A DNA stretch of 57,397 nucleotides, the filler included, from Basidioascus undulatus (taxonomy: Eukaryota), in assembly GCA_000826855.1 (NCBI GenBank). It is 5 parts of 5 records of this genome, joined end to end, with 100 filler letters (N's around TTAATTAATTAA, not from the genome) between each part and the next. Parts side by side here need not be neighbours in the genome. Positions count along the whole stretch, not along the records: positions 1 to 11,419 come from JTLS01001011.1; 4 more parts are not named here. One strand, 5' to 3'. The position numbers were made by a program, and so were the translations under genes. The notes beneath the pieces were generated by a model. The model was not told the DNA's origin. It worked only from the letters and a program-made list of their open reading frames with translations, and made no database searches. This document shows positions 1 to 11,519 of this stretch, in pieces. The stretch's first letter is position 1. Every line of letters starts with the position of its first letter.

Positions 1-1310
1 CCCGCCGCTCCGGCCCCAGCCGCAGCGAAGCAGCGCCCACGTCTTTCTACGTCTGCAGTAGGAGCACGTCCCTCCGGCCAGACTGCCCAGAAGCGGGTCG
101 TCTCGAACCCTTCCGACGCAACGCCAACATCCAAGTCGACACTGGCGAAGCCCCCACCAGGCAGGTCATCCGCCTCGTCCTCCTCGGCGGTCCGTCGGCC
201 GCGCGCAAGCCTCTCGTCCAACCCGTCCGCTTCGGCCTCATCCACGCCCCGCGCCCCGTCTCGTCCACGCAGCCGCGTACAGTCTGTCGCGCGCACGGAG
301 TCGCCGCGCAGCATGGGCCCGACGTCGCCTGCGCGCACGCCCCGGCGTACCTCTTTCACCAGCAGCACGTCCGGCGCGTCGCCCCGGCAGCACAGTGCCA
401 GCCGCATCCCCGCGCCGGTCCGGAGGAACGCGTACCGCCCGAACCCGCGTAGCAAGTTGGACGGTGCGTTCATCTTCACATCCCCTCCTCATGCTTGCGC
501 TCTTGATACTGACGCGTTTGCACGCCATCCAGTTGCTGTCGGCCGAGTCGTCAACTCGTTGCCAGTCGACATCGACATTCAGCCGGCCTCTGCCCGCTCG
601 CCGAAGTGGGACGACCCGTCCGGCAAATATTGGATCGGAGCACCCGACCCGAAGATGTGCTTCTGCCGGTGCGTCGCCTTGTTGTACTGTGTTCGTGCAG
701 CAGGTCACTGATGCGAGAGATTGTCGGCAGGATCCTCCGCTCGAACACTGTCATGGTTCGCGTTGGTGGTGGCTGGCAGGAACTGTCCAAGTAGGCTCTC
801 GTTCTTGCCATCAATATGTTCCTCATTGCTGACTACGAGCATCTCTTGTCCAGGTTCCTCTTCACCCACTTCTCGCACTTCTTCACAATGCAGTCACCGG
901 TGCTCTCGCGCGTCGGTAGCGAAGAGCCCCGCTGGATCTCCTCCGCGACGCTGCTCTCCCCGTCGTCCGCCGCCAGCCCCTCCTCCCCTGCCTCGCAAGG
1001 ACGCGCAACTACCCTTCCTCTTCCCGCCAGCCCCAGTGGCAGCGTTCGCTCAGCGCGCTCCGCTATTGCGGGACTGGGCATCATCGGCACGCCCACCAGC
1101 TCCCCGTCCTCCGCAGTCCTCTTCCCGCGCAGCCCCGGCTCCCCCGAAGACGTCCTCATGCCGCTCTTCATGCGCCCCGCGGTCGACTCGCCTCCGTCGA
1201 CGACCGCCGCATCCCCCGCTGCGGCGGCCACGAGGAAGAAGCCTCCGTCCTTGTCGAGCTCGACGACGAGCGGGAGTGGACCACAAAAACGGCAGCCGTG
1301 GAGATACTGA
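1..1310 (+). CDS. GAS2 (GAR) microtubule-binding domain protein, 5' end outside window
   Basis: Splicing introns 464-532, 669-730 and 791-853 gives YRPNPRSKLDVAVGRVVNSL...GKYWIGAPDPKMCFCRILRSNTVMVRVGGGWQELSKFL, the GAS2 signature (RILRS..VMVRVGGGW). Ser/Pro-rich tail; stop TGA 1308-1310. Confidence 0.9.
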
Positions 1311-1573
1311 TACCCATCTTGATTTACCCTTCTCGCATTTCGTTCCATTTTTTTCGTTGGCCTGCTTGTATTACGAACTTTACCTTCTTGATTCCTTCCG
1401 AACGCTACGTACTTTCTCGGCCCTGATGTCCCACTTACGATACCTACGCACCTGCATCGCAACGTCCACACTACCCTTTGCAGTCGACGAGTCATACATG
1501 AACCTTTGAGGTCGATGAGCGTTGGCAGCATGCGTGTATCCGATTCGAACAGGATTGACAGTCACAGTCACAC

Positions 1574-4500
1574 TCATGCATGGCGAGCGCGATCCTCTCC
1601 CCAACACATCTCGTCTTCCTCGTCGATATCCAACTCATCTTCGTGCGTCCTGTGCTCGTAGTCTCGAGCTGCAGGCGGGCCACGCGAGGCGCCCTTTCGA
1701 GGGCGCAGCTCTAACGTACGCCGCAAACGCTTGAAAGCGGCGGTCGAGGAAGCGGCGGTCGAGGGCGTCGTGGACAGGTTGCCATATACCTTCGTGTCAG
1801 AACCGGCTTCTTCGTCCGAGCTGAGCGTGCTCTGCGTGAAATATGAAGAACTGTTGTTCTCGGGATAATCGTGCAGGCTACGGGGCTGACAGTGAGCAGG
1901 CGAGACGCTGACAGGAGAAAGAGGGGGTCCTACTGCTCATTCTCGAGTCGAACTGCGGACATCGTCGAGCTGTGAGCTTGCAATATCAAGCACAGTCTCG
2001 GTTGAGACTCACAGAAGTTCCATTGTAGACCTCGGAACATTTCAAGCATGGCGAGAAGGAAGCCCTTCGCCTGTCCTGTGAGAGGTCCTACCGGGATGTA
2101 TGCGACCCAAGAGAGGCGTAGCCCGAGATCGGTAACCTGTGCGCGATGGTGAGCTGTAGCAGAAAGGCAGATTTCATCGAAATTTACCATGGCAAAGTAG
2201 TAAATCTGCTCGGCTACGGATCAGTACTGCTGGGCACCCGAAAGATGGCGAACAGCGTGCGCGCACCGGTACGCAGGACAGCGCAAGGTTCGGCCGCAGG
2301 AACGGATGTCGGCTGCGTTGTTGAGAGAGGCTCCAGTCCATCACAACGTCCTAACCAAATAAAGGCTCAGCAAAATAGCCGCTTGAAAACGAAGCATTGC
2401 GTACCCAGGTGAAGAAAAAGACGCTGTTGATGCTCGCCAAGAAAATCCAGAAGGCGAACCACCCCGAGTCCGCACCTAGGGAAAATGTTAGACACGGTGG
2501 ACAGAGCATCTGGATGGCCGTGTACCCTGTAGTAGGCGCACGTAAAACACGCTGAACAATAATCCAGGCAAGCGTCAGTCGCAAAGGAAACAAGAGGTCG
2601 CTCTGAACGTAACGGACATCTGAGCCAGAATACTGATGAGATATTTTGAAGCCTGTGATACTTCCTGGGTTAAGCTAGAACTCTGGAGAACACTGTTAGC
2701 TGCGGACGAAGACTTACGTTCACCAGGTGGACACTCTCCGAGTAGTCGGACGCTCGATAGCGACGCAAGCACTGGACGAGTCGTATACCGGACGGCGAAG
2801 CCCCAAGAAGTAGTGCCGCCCAATTTGTCGTCGTCGCACATGAGCTGAAGGTGTCTGGCGGCCAATGTGCGTTGTTCGCACAGCCGAAGACATATAGTCC
2901 CGACAGAGCGTAGGCGAGAGAGTCGAGCTTGTCAGCGAGAACTGTAATGTCTGAGGGGTGAGAACAAATTTCGAACCCCCAGGACACTTTACAAGCCCTA
3001 CAGAAATCGCGGAACTTCAAAGTATGTGTCAGTTCCAAGAAAGGCGACATCCCGGGTACACCGCAGCGCACCTCCACGGGCCACACGAAACAGAACACCG
3101 TGCGTATCAGGCTGCGTACCAGCCAGTACCGAGCGGAGCGGAACAACAGCGGTAAAGGGTTAATGAAGATTATAACGACCGAGACGGCCCACAGTGTAGG
3201 CCAAAGTGTGGGAGAGATTTCTGCGAACGTCGTCAAGATAATTTGAGCCCTCCAAGGGGAGTGGAGACTGACTGCTAGACCAAGTCAAGGAGAACGATAG
3301 ATAGAAGGCCTGTACAGTGTACCTTCAGCAAGACTTTCAAAATGTGGAGTGAAACGCTATGCTTACAATGGCAAGAAGAAGCGTTAACAAGGCGGGGATA
3401 ACGGCGAGTTGGCGCAGATCGTGCGAAGTCGTTGTATCCCTGCAGTGAGAGTTTTCAATAGCCGGGCTAGGCGAAAAAGCTCGCAAGACACACAGTCCAA
3501 AACGAGTCTTCCAGTCGATCTTGAACTTTTCCCAAAGTGCCATGTTGATGCAGAAGAAGAGAGCGGACAGGACTGGGAGAGCGCAGACGCCGTAGACTTG
3601 GAGCAGCGCTGCGTGCGAAGGGATGCGGGATCGGTTGTAGGGAAGGGTAGCTGTTGTGATGTTGAAATTATTAACACAACTCAGGTCGGAACCAGCATTC
3701 GTGACGCTCACAGTTGATACAGCCGGACACAAGAGCTGCAAGGGAGAGTCCGAGGGAGAGACCGATCACCAACATGCTTTCGTCTATGACGGGCATCAGT
3801 CTCGTCTACAGCGGCCGGCCGTCTCAAAACAACGTACGATATGTGCTTCGGTGTACCCTCCTCAGGTCGTGTCGGGCTGCTGAAGAGCTGCTAGGTGCAA
3901 AAGCCTTTGCGTATGCTCGCTCCGTATCTGGCGGCACGGTGACCTGAGCGCTTGGGCTAAAGCGTAGTTGTGAAACCATACGTACCCGATAACAGCTCAG
4001 AAACTCGGGATGAGAAGGTCAGACTGTCCCGTAACCCCTCCTGACACGCTGCGGAGAGGTCCGCCTGTGAAGCTGGCCGAGGTTGGATGTGAGTCCTTAG
4101 AAGGAAGTTGAGACTCGGCACTGACCGGACAGGTACCGACGATCTTCTGGAGGAGGAGCCCGAGGCTACGGCGTGCTCGAATCTGTTGAGCAAGTTCAGA
4201 AAGCGTAACCCGATCAGCTGCTGAAACGACTGTGGACTCACTTCAAAGTCCTGGAGCTCAAGCAGAATCCGATAATGCTCCATGCATTCGCGTCGCAGCC
4301 TGCGAGCTCGGATCTGTTGTATGCGAACTCGATCCATTTCCGCTTTTCCCTCAGGGACGAGATTTTCTGACCCCTCCCCCTCTGCTCGTCTGCGGAAGAG
4401 CCTCGCAAAGATCATGTCCAGGACAGTGACTTCGCCTCGACATGGCCGCGGGCGAGAGAACTGTTGCGGGACGCCATAAGCACACGAACTCCTCAATCAA

Positions 4501-4976
4501 CGTGCAAAGGATACCGTACGTTCTCTTGGAGACAACTCGATAGTCGCGACGCGAGGAGACGAGAACGAGTTTCGGCACTGTCCAGCTGCACGGACAGGAA
4601 GGCGTGGAGTCGAGAGAGCTCATCCCGAAAAGACGAGAGAAGTCTGTCCTGTAGGGCTTGCCAGGCCAGACTTTCAGGGTCTTCAGCACGGGTGTTTCGA
4701 GTTCAGCATGAGGTGACGCATGGTTGAAAGGTAATGTAACTCGCACCGTCCAAGCATTTCTTTCGACCCGCCTCTGTTACGCAAAGCGTATCCTCCGAGC
4801 CCCGTCGCCGAACGCGCTGGGCGCGAATCAGGGCAAGAAGCTCTCTTTCGAGGCGATCGAAGTCGAAGGGCGTTAGCAGGGCAGGCGGACTGTGGGCAGA
4901 TAGATGTGTAAGTCGTGCGAGCGCGACGGCGCTCACGTATTAACAGTTCGAAGGCTCGCCTAAAGGAAACCATCAT
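1574..4976 (-). CDS. SPX-EXS phosphate exporter family protein (SYG1/XPR1-like), divergent
   Basis: EXS motifs after splicing: PVEFRDFFLADKLDSL, IRLVQCLRRY, HLVNASKY, INSVFFFTW, LRLSW, LEMFRGLQWNF, RLENEH. N-terminal SPX-like helix RLRRECMEHYRILLELQDF. Stop 1574-1576; start and middle exons approximate. Confidence 0.85.
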
Positions 4977-5923
4977 TCCATCCCTTATTCAAGAGTGTTG
5001 GAGAGTGGTCAAAGGCTCTTAAGGTTGTAAATATCGTCAATGTCGTCAATGTCGTTACTGGAGTGAGAGGAAGTCGGAGAAAGGAACGCTGTGTGAGTCG
5101 TCGAGCTCGAGCTCGACCCCGCCGCGATTATCGGCAGAACTACAAAGCGTGAGCGTCACCGCGGAGTTGCTATGGTTAGCTGTACAGAATTAGTCGCAAA
5201 TATGTCCGAGCTTTGTCACACGACCTGTGAAGGAGGGGAGTGCTTGATAGGGGCAATAAAGGCCAATTAGCTAGAGCGGCGTAGTGTGGCTGGACGGCCG
5301 GGCGCTACGGGTGCACACCCGGAGGTGGTGCAGGTGCTCTCCCCAAAGGATGTGCGATTTGAGCCGTAGTGTCCCATAAAATAGGGCAGGAAAGTGCTGG
5401 AGGCATTGCTTTTCTTTCGAGCCAAAGCGGGGTGGCACTCCTCACATTGTGGTCGCCACCACGAGCCGCGAAGTTTGTATGGACTTCGGAAAATGAAGTT
5501 GGTGTTGGCCTGTTACGTTAGGTTTACTTTGGCGAGCCAGGAACGAACGACTAGAGATGTTTTGTGATCACAGAAGTACACGCGCTCCACACAGGAGCAC
5601 AAGCAGGAGGCACCCCTGCTGCTCAAGACCGTTCGCCTACATAATTCACTGACGCGATCAGCGTTCCGATCCCATTGCGTACTATAGGGATTGCAAGACG
5701 GCCGTTGTTCCTGGGTCTTTACATGTTAGATAGGTCGAGGGTTCATGTTTGGCGAGCAGGAGGAGCATGTCAATAGGCGATAGGGAGAGTGCCGTGGGTT
5801 CAGTCACACGGCCGCGATTCATCAAAGGAATCCATGCTCCCTATGCTTCAGCTTTTCACAATTGCTTAAAAAACAGAAAGTGAGCCGGAAGCGTCCCACT
5901 CGACGAAAGGGACCCACATCCAC

Positions 5924-6706
5924 CTACCTACTCTCCCAGCTCCCACAGCGTTCCATGATGATACGATCGACGGAAAGTCGCGGCGTACGCGCCATGAAGT
6001 GTACCTTGACTTGGAAAAAATCATGTAACGCGTTTATTATCCAAGGGGGAAATCCGTCTCGCCATTGCGTGCGAGCGCATTGTGTGCATCGTTGACACGA
6101 AGCTGAGGATGAGCTTGCGCAGCGTCCGCGCGCGCTGGCCACGAACCGCGAGAAGCCGTTCAGGTATTGCGCGTCATGATGAGCGTCAATTTGGATAGCG
6201 AGATGAGTCAAGCAAGGCATTGAGAGCAGCATGTCCACCTCGCCTGCCAGCTCGAAAGAGACCTCCCACAGCGCAAGGCGTTTGGGTGTCTTCCATGGCA
6301 TCTATGAGAGCCTGGAAAGTTCATGGTACGGCATCGAACACTCTTCCAGAACGAGCGAAGGGCCGTAGATGTGAGGCGGTACTGAATCAATGTAGAGGCT
6401 CCGCAAGTTCTGCATCCTCGAAAAAAGATCAGGAGACGGGGCGTAGGATGTGAGAAGCGAGCGGTTCAGAGCGAGTAGTCGTGGGTTGGATTCGGCGGTG
6501 TCTGCGAGCCTCGAGATCTGCTTGGGGGTTGAGAGGGTGATGGACGAATAGAGCAGGCCCTATGCCACCGCGTTAACGGAGCGCGACACCAGGCAGAGGG
6601 AAGCGAGGGTGGCAGAATTTCTAGTGTAGGCGAGTGGGTGCGAGAGTGCGCCAGCTTCGGTTATGATGAGCCCGTGGATCGCAGGGAGGAGTTGCTGAAG
6701 GACCAT
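5924..6706 (-). pseudogene. F-box-like/LRR-type accessory protein remnant
   Basis: MVLQQLLPAIHGLII...NSATLASLCLVSRSVNAVA*GLLYSSITL resembles the basidiomycete F-box-like pattern (LCLVSR...PLLY). In-frame TAG at 6560-6562 and further breaks; downstream LRR-like piece LLSMPCLTHLAI. Confidence 0.55.
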
Positions 6707-8461
6707 TCTGTAGGTATTCTGTGGTGTCCAAGGTTCGGGGGACAAACGACGGTACGGGGAGGCTGTGCAATTGTTAGCGTTCTCGCGAAGGCCTGTAGTG
6801 ACTGGGTGGCACTTCGCTGAGAAAAATATCGAACAGACAGCGCGGTCCTTCCTCGTTGGACCTTCCCACTTCAGAACCGTTGCGCGGCAAGCCGCAGGTT
6901 CCCAACCTTGGCCTTTCAAGCAAAGCGTTTTTAAGCGAGTCCATGTAGTACCAATTTAATCACCAGTGCCCTACGCTCTTCTGATCAGATTGACACAGTG
7001 CAAAGATGAGATGTGACAGCCTCCAGCGCCGGCGCTCCTCCACAGGTTTGGAAGTAAGTACTAGGCACATCAGTCGTCGCAGGTTTCCACAACAGGACAA
7101 CCTCATAGCTTGCCTACAGTTGCCACACACGTTCATTCCCTACCTGAGAAATGTGGGCCACCACACAAGGCCTTTCAGACTAGATCCATAAGCTGGTTGC
7201 ATGATGCCCATCATGATAAGCACCTCCCCCTGAGGCACCGTCGCCCAAGCCCTTCCCCGACCCCATTACCGCTCTGGCGCTCCGGGACGTCAGCCCTATG
7301 CACTGATTCCATTCAACTGGTTCAATCAGTGTCCAGACATTAAGCATGGTGACCATTCTTGCGAGGCGTGAAGAGTAAGAGCAAACGTGCGAAACCAAAG
7401 TGATTGACTCGCGGTCACCTCCTGGAGTCAAGCTGCCCCCACGAAGCGGTAGCAAAGAGCCTTTCGGCCTCCATATCGGTCAAATGATTTCTAGCACCAA
7501 ATCCTGACATTACCCACCCCGGAACCCTCCATTGTTCCAAGGTCGGGAATTTGTGCAGACGTGCGGTCATTGTGCCCAGGGGTTATCGGCGTTCTCGAAT
7601 TCGTAAGATGGCAACTATTCCCCAACATTTGACTAATTATCCAGGCCAATTACCTTCAGGATGTCAGGTTCGTCGGGTACCAATACAGACTTGGGATGCA
7701 ATGATTACGAGTTGGTGAGTCTAATGATGCCGGCGTGGACAATGAAACTTTGTAATCTTGGAAGGCTCATAAGGAACGTCAGCATGCCCGCCAGGAGAGG
7801 GTCATGACCCCACGGGCTTGGTCTCGCGAGCTGGTCGTTCTGTTCCGGTTGGCACAGGACAAGCAAGCCTGCGAAGCCCCTCGGAATCAGTGAAAACGGC
7901 TCCAATGTGCGTGCTTTAACTAAGAGATGGTTCATCTTGTTTTGGTAGTTATGTTCCGTTGCGTCGAGCATACGGAGTCGAAGGAACGATTATGCATGTC
8001 GCGGTCTGGAGCCCGGCTGTGCAACGCCGCGATTAAGCTCTTCTTGATCGTTTGTATGGCGGTGAGCGCATCATGGCCCAACTGAGATCTTTCGCTCATG
8101 ATTTACGCGCTTGCTTGTGTTCTGGCGCGGTCCGGAACACACTGCCGGAACTTATACAGCCTTTGGGCGCACTGACTCCTTCGAGACCGGTTCCGTCCGT
8201 GGACACTGCCACCTTTGCAGGTACAATGCTGCAAGACGGTCCCTCCCATCTTTAGGAGTACCGGGAGACCTTCGCTGATGCTTTTTAGTTCCGGACAGGG
8301 TGAGAAAGGTCATGCTCCATCGACAGTCATCATAACTAGGACGCATGCAGGCACTGCCCAAGAACAATATATAAACCCCACCGGCCAGCAGTGCTTTCCC
8401 CCCCCAGTTCTCTATCGCTGTCGACTTTTGCACGCTCAACTCTCATACCCCCATAACTACA

Positions 8462-9545
8462 ATGAAGCTCTCCACCACCGTTTCTGCTGCTCTCGTTGCT
8501 TTCGCTGCCTTGTTGGCTTTACCACCGCCGCCCCGGCATCCTCGCCTGCCTGCGAAACTGGCCTCGAGGTGCGCATGCTTCATGTTTTGTAGCTCGTTGA
8601 ATATCCTCCACTATTCCCTCCCCACTCAACAAGCCCTTTCATGCAGGCTCGCCGAGAACCGGTCCCATTCCTAGAGGGCTTCTTTATCGCTGTGGAGATT
8701 GCCGACCGCATCATTGATGGTATCGAGAAGGACAACCAGGTGCGTCTTTTTTGGGTTGTAATGAAGGCAGACGCAGAATCTGAGGTTCTTTCGGGTGGAT
8801 AGCACTCAGAAACGCGAAAACTGGACCAAGACTGCGATCGACGAGCTTCGCAAGACCTACCCGAGCTTCAACGTCGTCGTCATCTGCCATGTCAAGCACG
8901 ACTATGCCTGGGACGGCGAGCGTGACGTCGACTGGTTCCACCAGCACCACAAGCTGGACATCAAGATTGGCTGGACCATCGGTACAGTTCGTTCAAACTT
9001 TCGCTCTCGCTTTCTTCTTCCTCTTGCACTCTGAAAGCTCTTATCGCGTCCTTTCCATCTCCAGCTATGATATCTACTTTGCCAAGTCGGGCAAGTTCTT
9101 CCGCCAGGACGACGGCGGGTTGATAAACGTGAGCCATGACACACTCCTTGGTTCGGATTCGTTGCGCATACTTACAGATCCAGATGGCAGCGCGGAGTGG
9201 CAGATGCGCGTAGGGGGCATCTGGATATCATACGGGCCCGTATAGCGGGCCGTCATCTCCTCGCGGACCTTGGGTGCAGTGGCTCCGAGCGAGCTGGCCA
9301 GGCTACCCCACCGTAAGGCCGCTGCGAGACTTGCCCTACAGTACCTGAGCGCCTACTACGGGGTGTCCCTGAGCGAGGCAGAGCTCTCCTCACTAGCTGC
9401 ACTGCTTGCGTACGAGCCGTCGAGGTCTCTCGCATTCCGGCGTGAGGCTCACAATAGTGCCTTTTAATGATAGTGGGCCTACGCTGGCAACGTCGTTTCC
9501 AAGGAGAACAAGGACAAGGACATCACCTTTGGGGTCATCGGCTGA
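8462..9545 (+). pseudogene. Small secreted protein (GDGGxxNW-type fungal family), frameshifted as assembled
   Basis: Signal peptide MKLSTTVSAALVAFAA. Exons give ...IEKDNQ|KRENWTKTAIDELRKTYPSFNVVVICHVKH...HHKLDIKIGWTI(G)|YDIYFAKSGKFFRQDDGGLIN|WAYAGNVVSKENKDKDITFGVIG*. Needs a +1 nt correction near 8510 and another at the donor near 8981. TATA-like TATATAAA near 8368. Confidence 0.65.
9170..9430. mobile_element. Candidate 261-bp insertion in the last intron of the secreted-protein gene
   Basis: Intron 9129-9473 is 345 nt, while most introns here are ~50-90 nt. CGCAT direct repeat at 9165-9169 and 9431-9435; removing the insert plus one copy leaves a 79-nt intron. Confidence 0.35.
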
Positions 9546-11141
9546 TTCCGTCGGGCCATCGAGGCCCTTTCTCCCGGGCCGGCATCGTTTGAGAGTTGAT
9601 ACGTAGCCCTATGTAACGAATGTGATCGTAACGAAATAACTCAGATCGTGGGTGATTGTCCTTTGTTTGCACAAAGCTGGCATGAAGGGCATCGTGCAAC
9701 GCGGTGCTTGAGGTCCTCTGCGACTGGTCTCTCAAATCTGGAATTCCACGTGAACAAAAATAATTCTGAAAATTTACAAGACCATGCAGAGGAGGCAGCC
9801 ACCATGCGATACGTTGTACCGAGGGCCCGCGCCGCAGACAGCACAATGGAAAAGTGTTCGGTCGCGCTGGACTTCCATCTAAAACGTGTGCAGCCCTCCT
9901 CAAGATCATTTGAAACCTCTAGGTCTGGCCTCCGGGTGAACCGCCCTGACTGTGATACCCGCGAGAGGAAGCAGCGGGTACGCTGTCGAGGAGCAAGTCG
10001 CCCTGCACATACTTGAAAGCGTGAATGCCTGTATCTCTTGCGAAACGTTCAAGAACAACCATAAAATGGATGTACTCGCATAAATGGTCTCGTTCCCGTC
10101 AAAGTGGCTTACCAATTCCCGGCAATCGGTTTTAGAGCAAAGACGGTCCACGTTTGGGTACGCCACGTGGCAATCTCTCAAAATCAAGGACAGAGTGAGT
10201 GTTCTTCAAGCGCAGTCCGACATGCTGCACGTCTTTTACACGTTTCAACGTACAACATACACCACGGTCGGACTGGTTTGATGTGGACTCAACGAACTGC
10301 TGCGCGGAGCGTTCGAACTTCGTTGCGCAAGCGAGCCCACGCCCCAGACTCTCTCGACGCCTTCTGCCACCCCTCGCCACTCACGCGCATCACCGACGCC
10401 TCAACGAGTATTCTCAACGAGTATTCTCTCGCAGCCGCGAGGCCCATAAAGGAAAAGAGCGAAGAACCGATCGAGCTTGCCGCACGTTCCGAGCGCACGC
10501 GAAGACGTCGAGGTGTCGATCCAGGTAGAGGGCGAACAAGAATGTCCGAGTGGGTCAGGCCCTCGCTATCATCCGGAGACGGAGCCACAATCGGAGTACC
10601 TAAGCGACCGGTCCCTGATCACTCACCCGAGGAAACGGCAAAGGATGAGGCTGCCTCCCGGAATGCGCTCTGTGGGGTCCCCAGAAGACACAATACGGTG
10701 AGAAGCGTTCATCGGGTAGGTGGACAGTCTGATGTGAGTTCACGCTCGAAGCGTGAGGGCGAGGGAAGCTAAAAGGTGAGTGGTGCGCGCTGATAGATGC
10801 ATATTAAGGCCGAGCGGTAAATGGTGCGAGTTGATAGATGCGCATCTAGGCCGAAGACTGCGAGCGATGGTTTGAAGTGTCGAAAGACAGGAAGGTTGTT
10901 GGGGGGGGGGGGTTCTCGAAAGAGCCATCCTGGCCGACGCACGCCAGGGAGGGACCGCCAGTCTATGAGCACCTTCTTGCGCCGACGAATGCGGGGGGTC
11001 GATCGATACGTGAGATAGGGTTGAAGATCGATACGACGACAGGGTGAGTGCTGCCTCGAGAAAACGAAGTCCGAATCTACCGCCAACGGCCAAATGCGTG
11101 CTCACTCATCCATGCCCCTCCCTCCCTCCCAGCACCCCCCT

Positions 11142-11314
11142 TCACTTCTTTCCCTGGCCCATCATCATCTCCATCGCCCTCCTCGGGTCCAATTCAATCC
11201 CTGCCTTCTTGAGCTCATCAAACACGCGCTGCGACGCCGCGCGGAAGTCGGCGTCCGCGGCGATCTTCATCAGCGTCATGAGCGACGGCTTTTGCTGGGT
11301 AGTCATGTCGAAGC
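11142..11314 (-). CDS. Last exon of a small hypothetical protein; rest lost at contig end
   Basis: After a CAG acceptor: GFDMTTQQKPSLMTLMKIAADADFRAASQRVFDELKKAGIELDPRRAMEMMMGQGKK*, with strong GC3 codon bias. Confidence 0.7.
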
Positions 11315-11419
11315 CTGTGTGGGTTGAGTTGTCAGTTCGGGGAAGGAGGGAGAAGGGAGGGAGAAGGGAGGGAGAGGGGAGTGTCGCGTCGGTTCGGTGT
11401 CGTCGTCGTCGTTGTCGTA

Positions 11420-11519
11420 NNNNNNNNNNNNNNNNNNNNNNNNNNNNNNNNNNNNNNNNNNNNTTAATTAATTAANNNNNNNNNNNNNNNNNNNNNNNNN
11501 NNNNNNNNNNNNNNNNNNN
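11420..11519. other. Artificial contig linker
   Basis: N44-TTAATTAATTAA-N44, 100 nt, with stop codons in all six frames. Confidence 0.98.

Noticed and set aside
7503..7668. Possible MITE bounded by CCTGACAT / ATGTCAGG
   Set aside because: Only an 8-bp inverted match, no target-site duplication and no second copy in the window.
10104..10772. 222-aa ORF containing a 13-nt tandem duplication (TCAACGAGTATTC)
   Set aside because: No recognisable domain, codon bias or splice structure; cannot support a gene call.
11464..11475. TTAATTAATTAA recurring every ~11.5 kb as a biological periodic repeat
   Set aside because: Always centred in N44 pads; it is a synthetic six-frame-stop linker.
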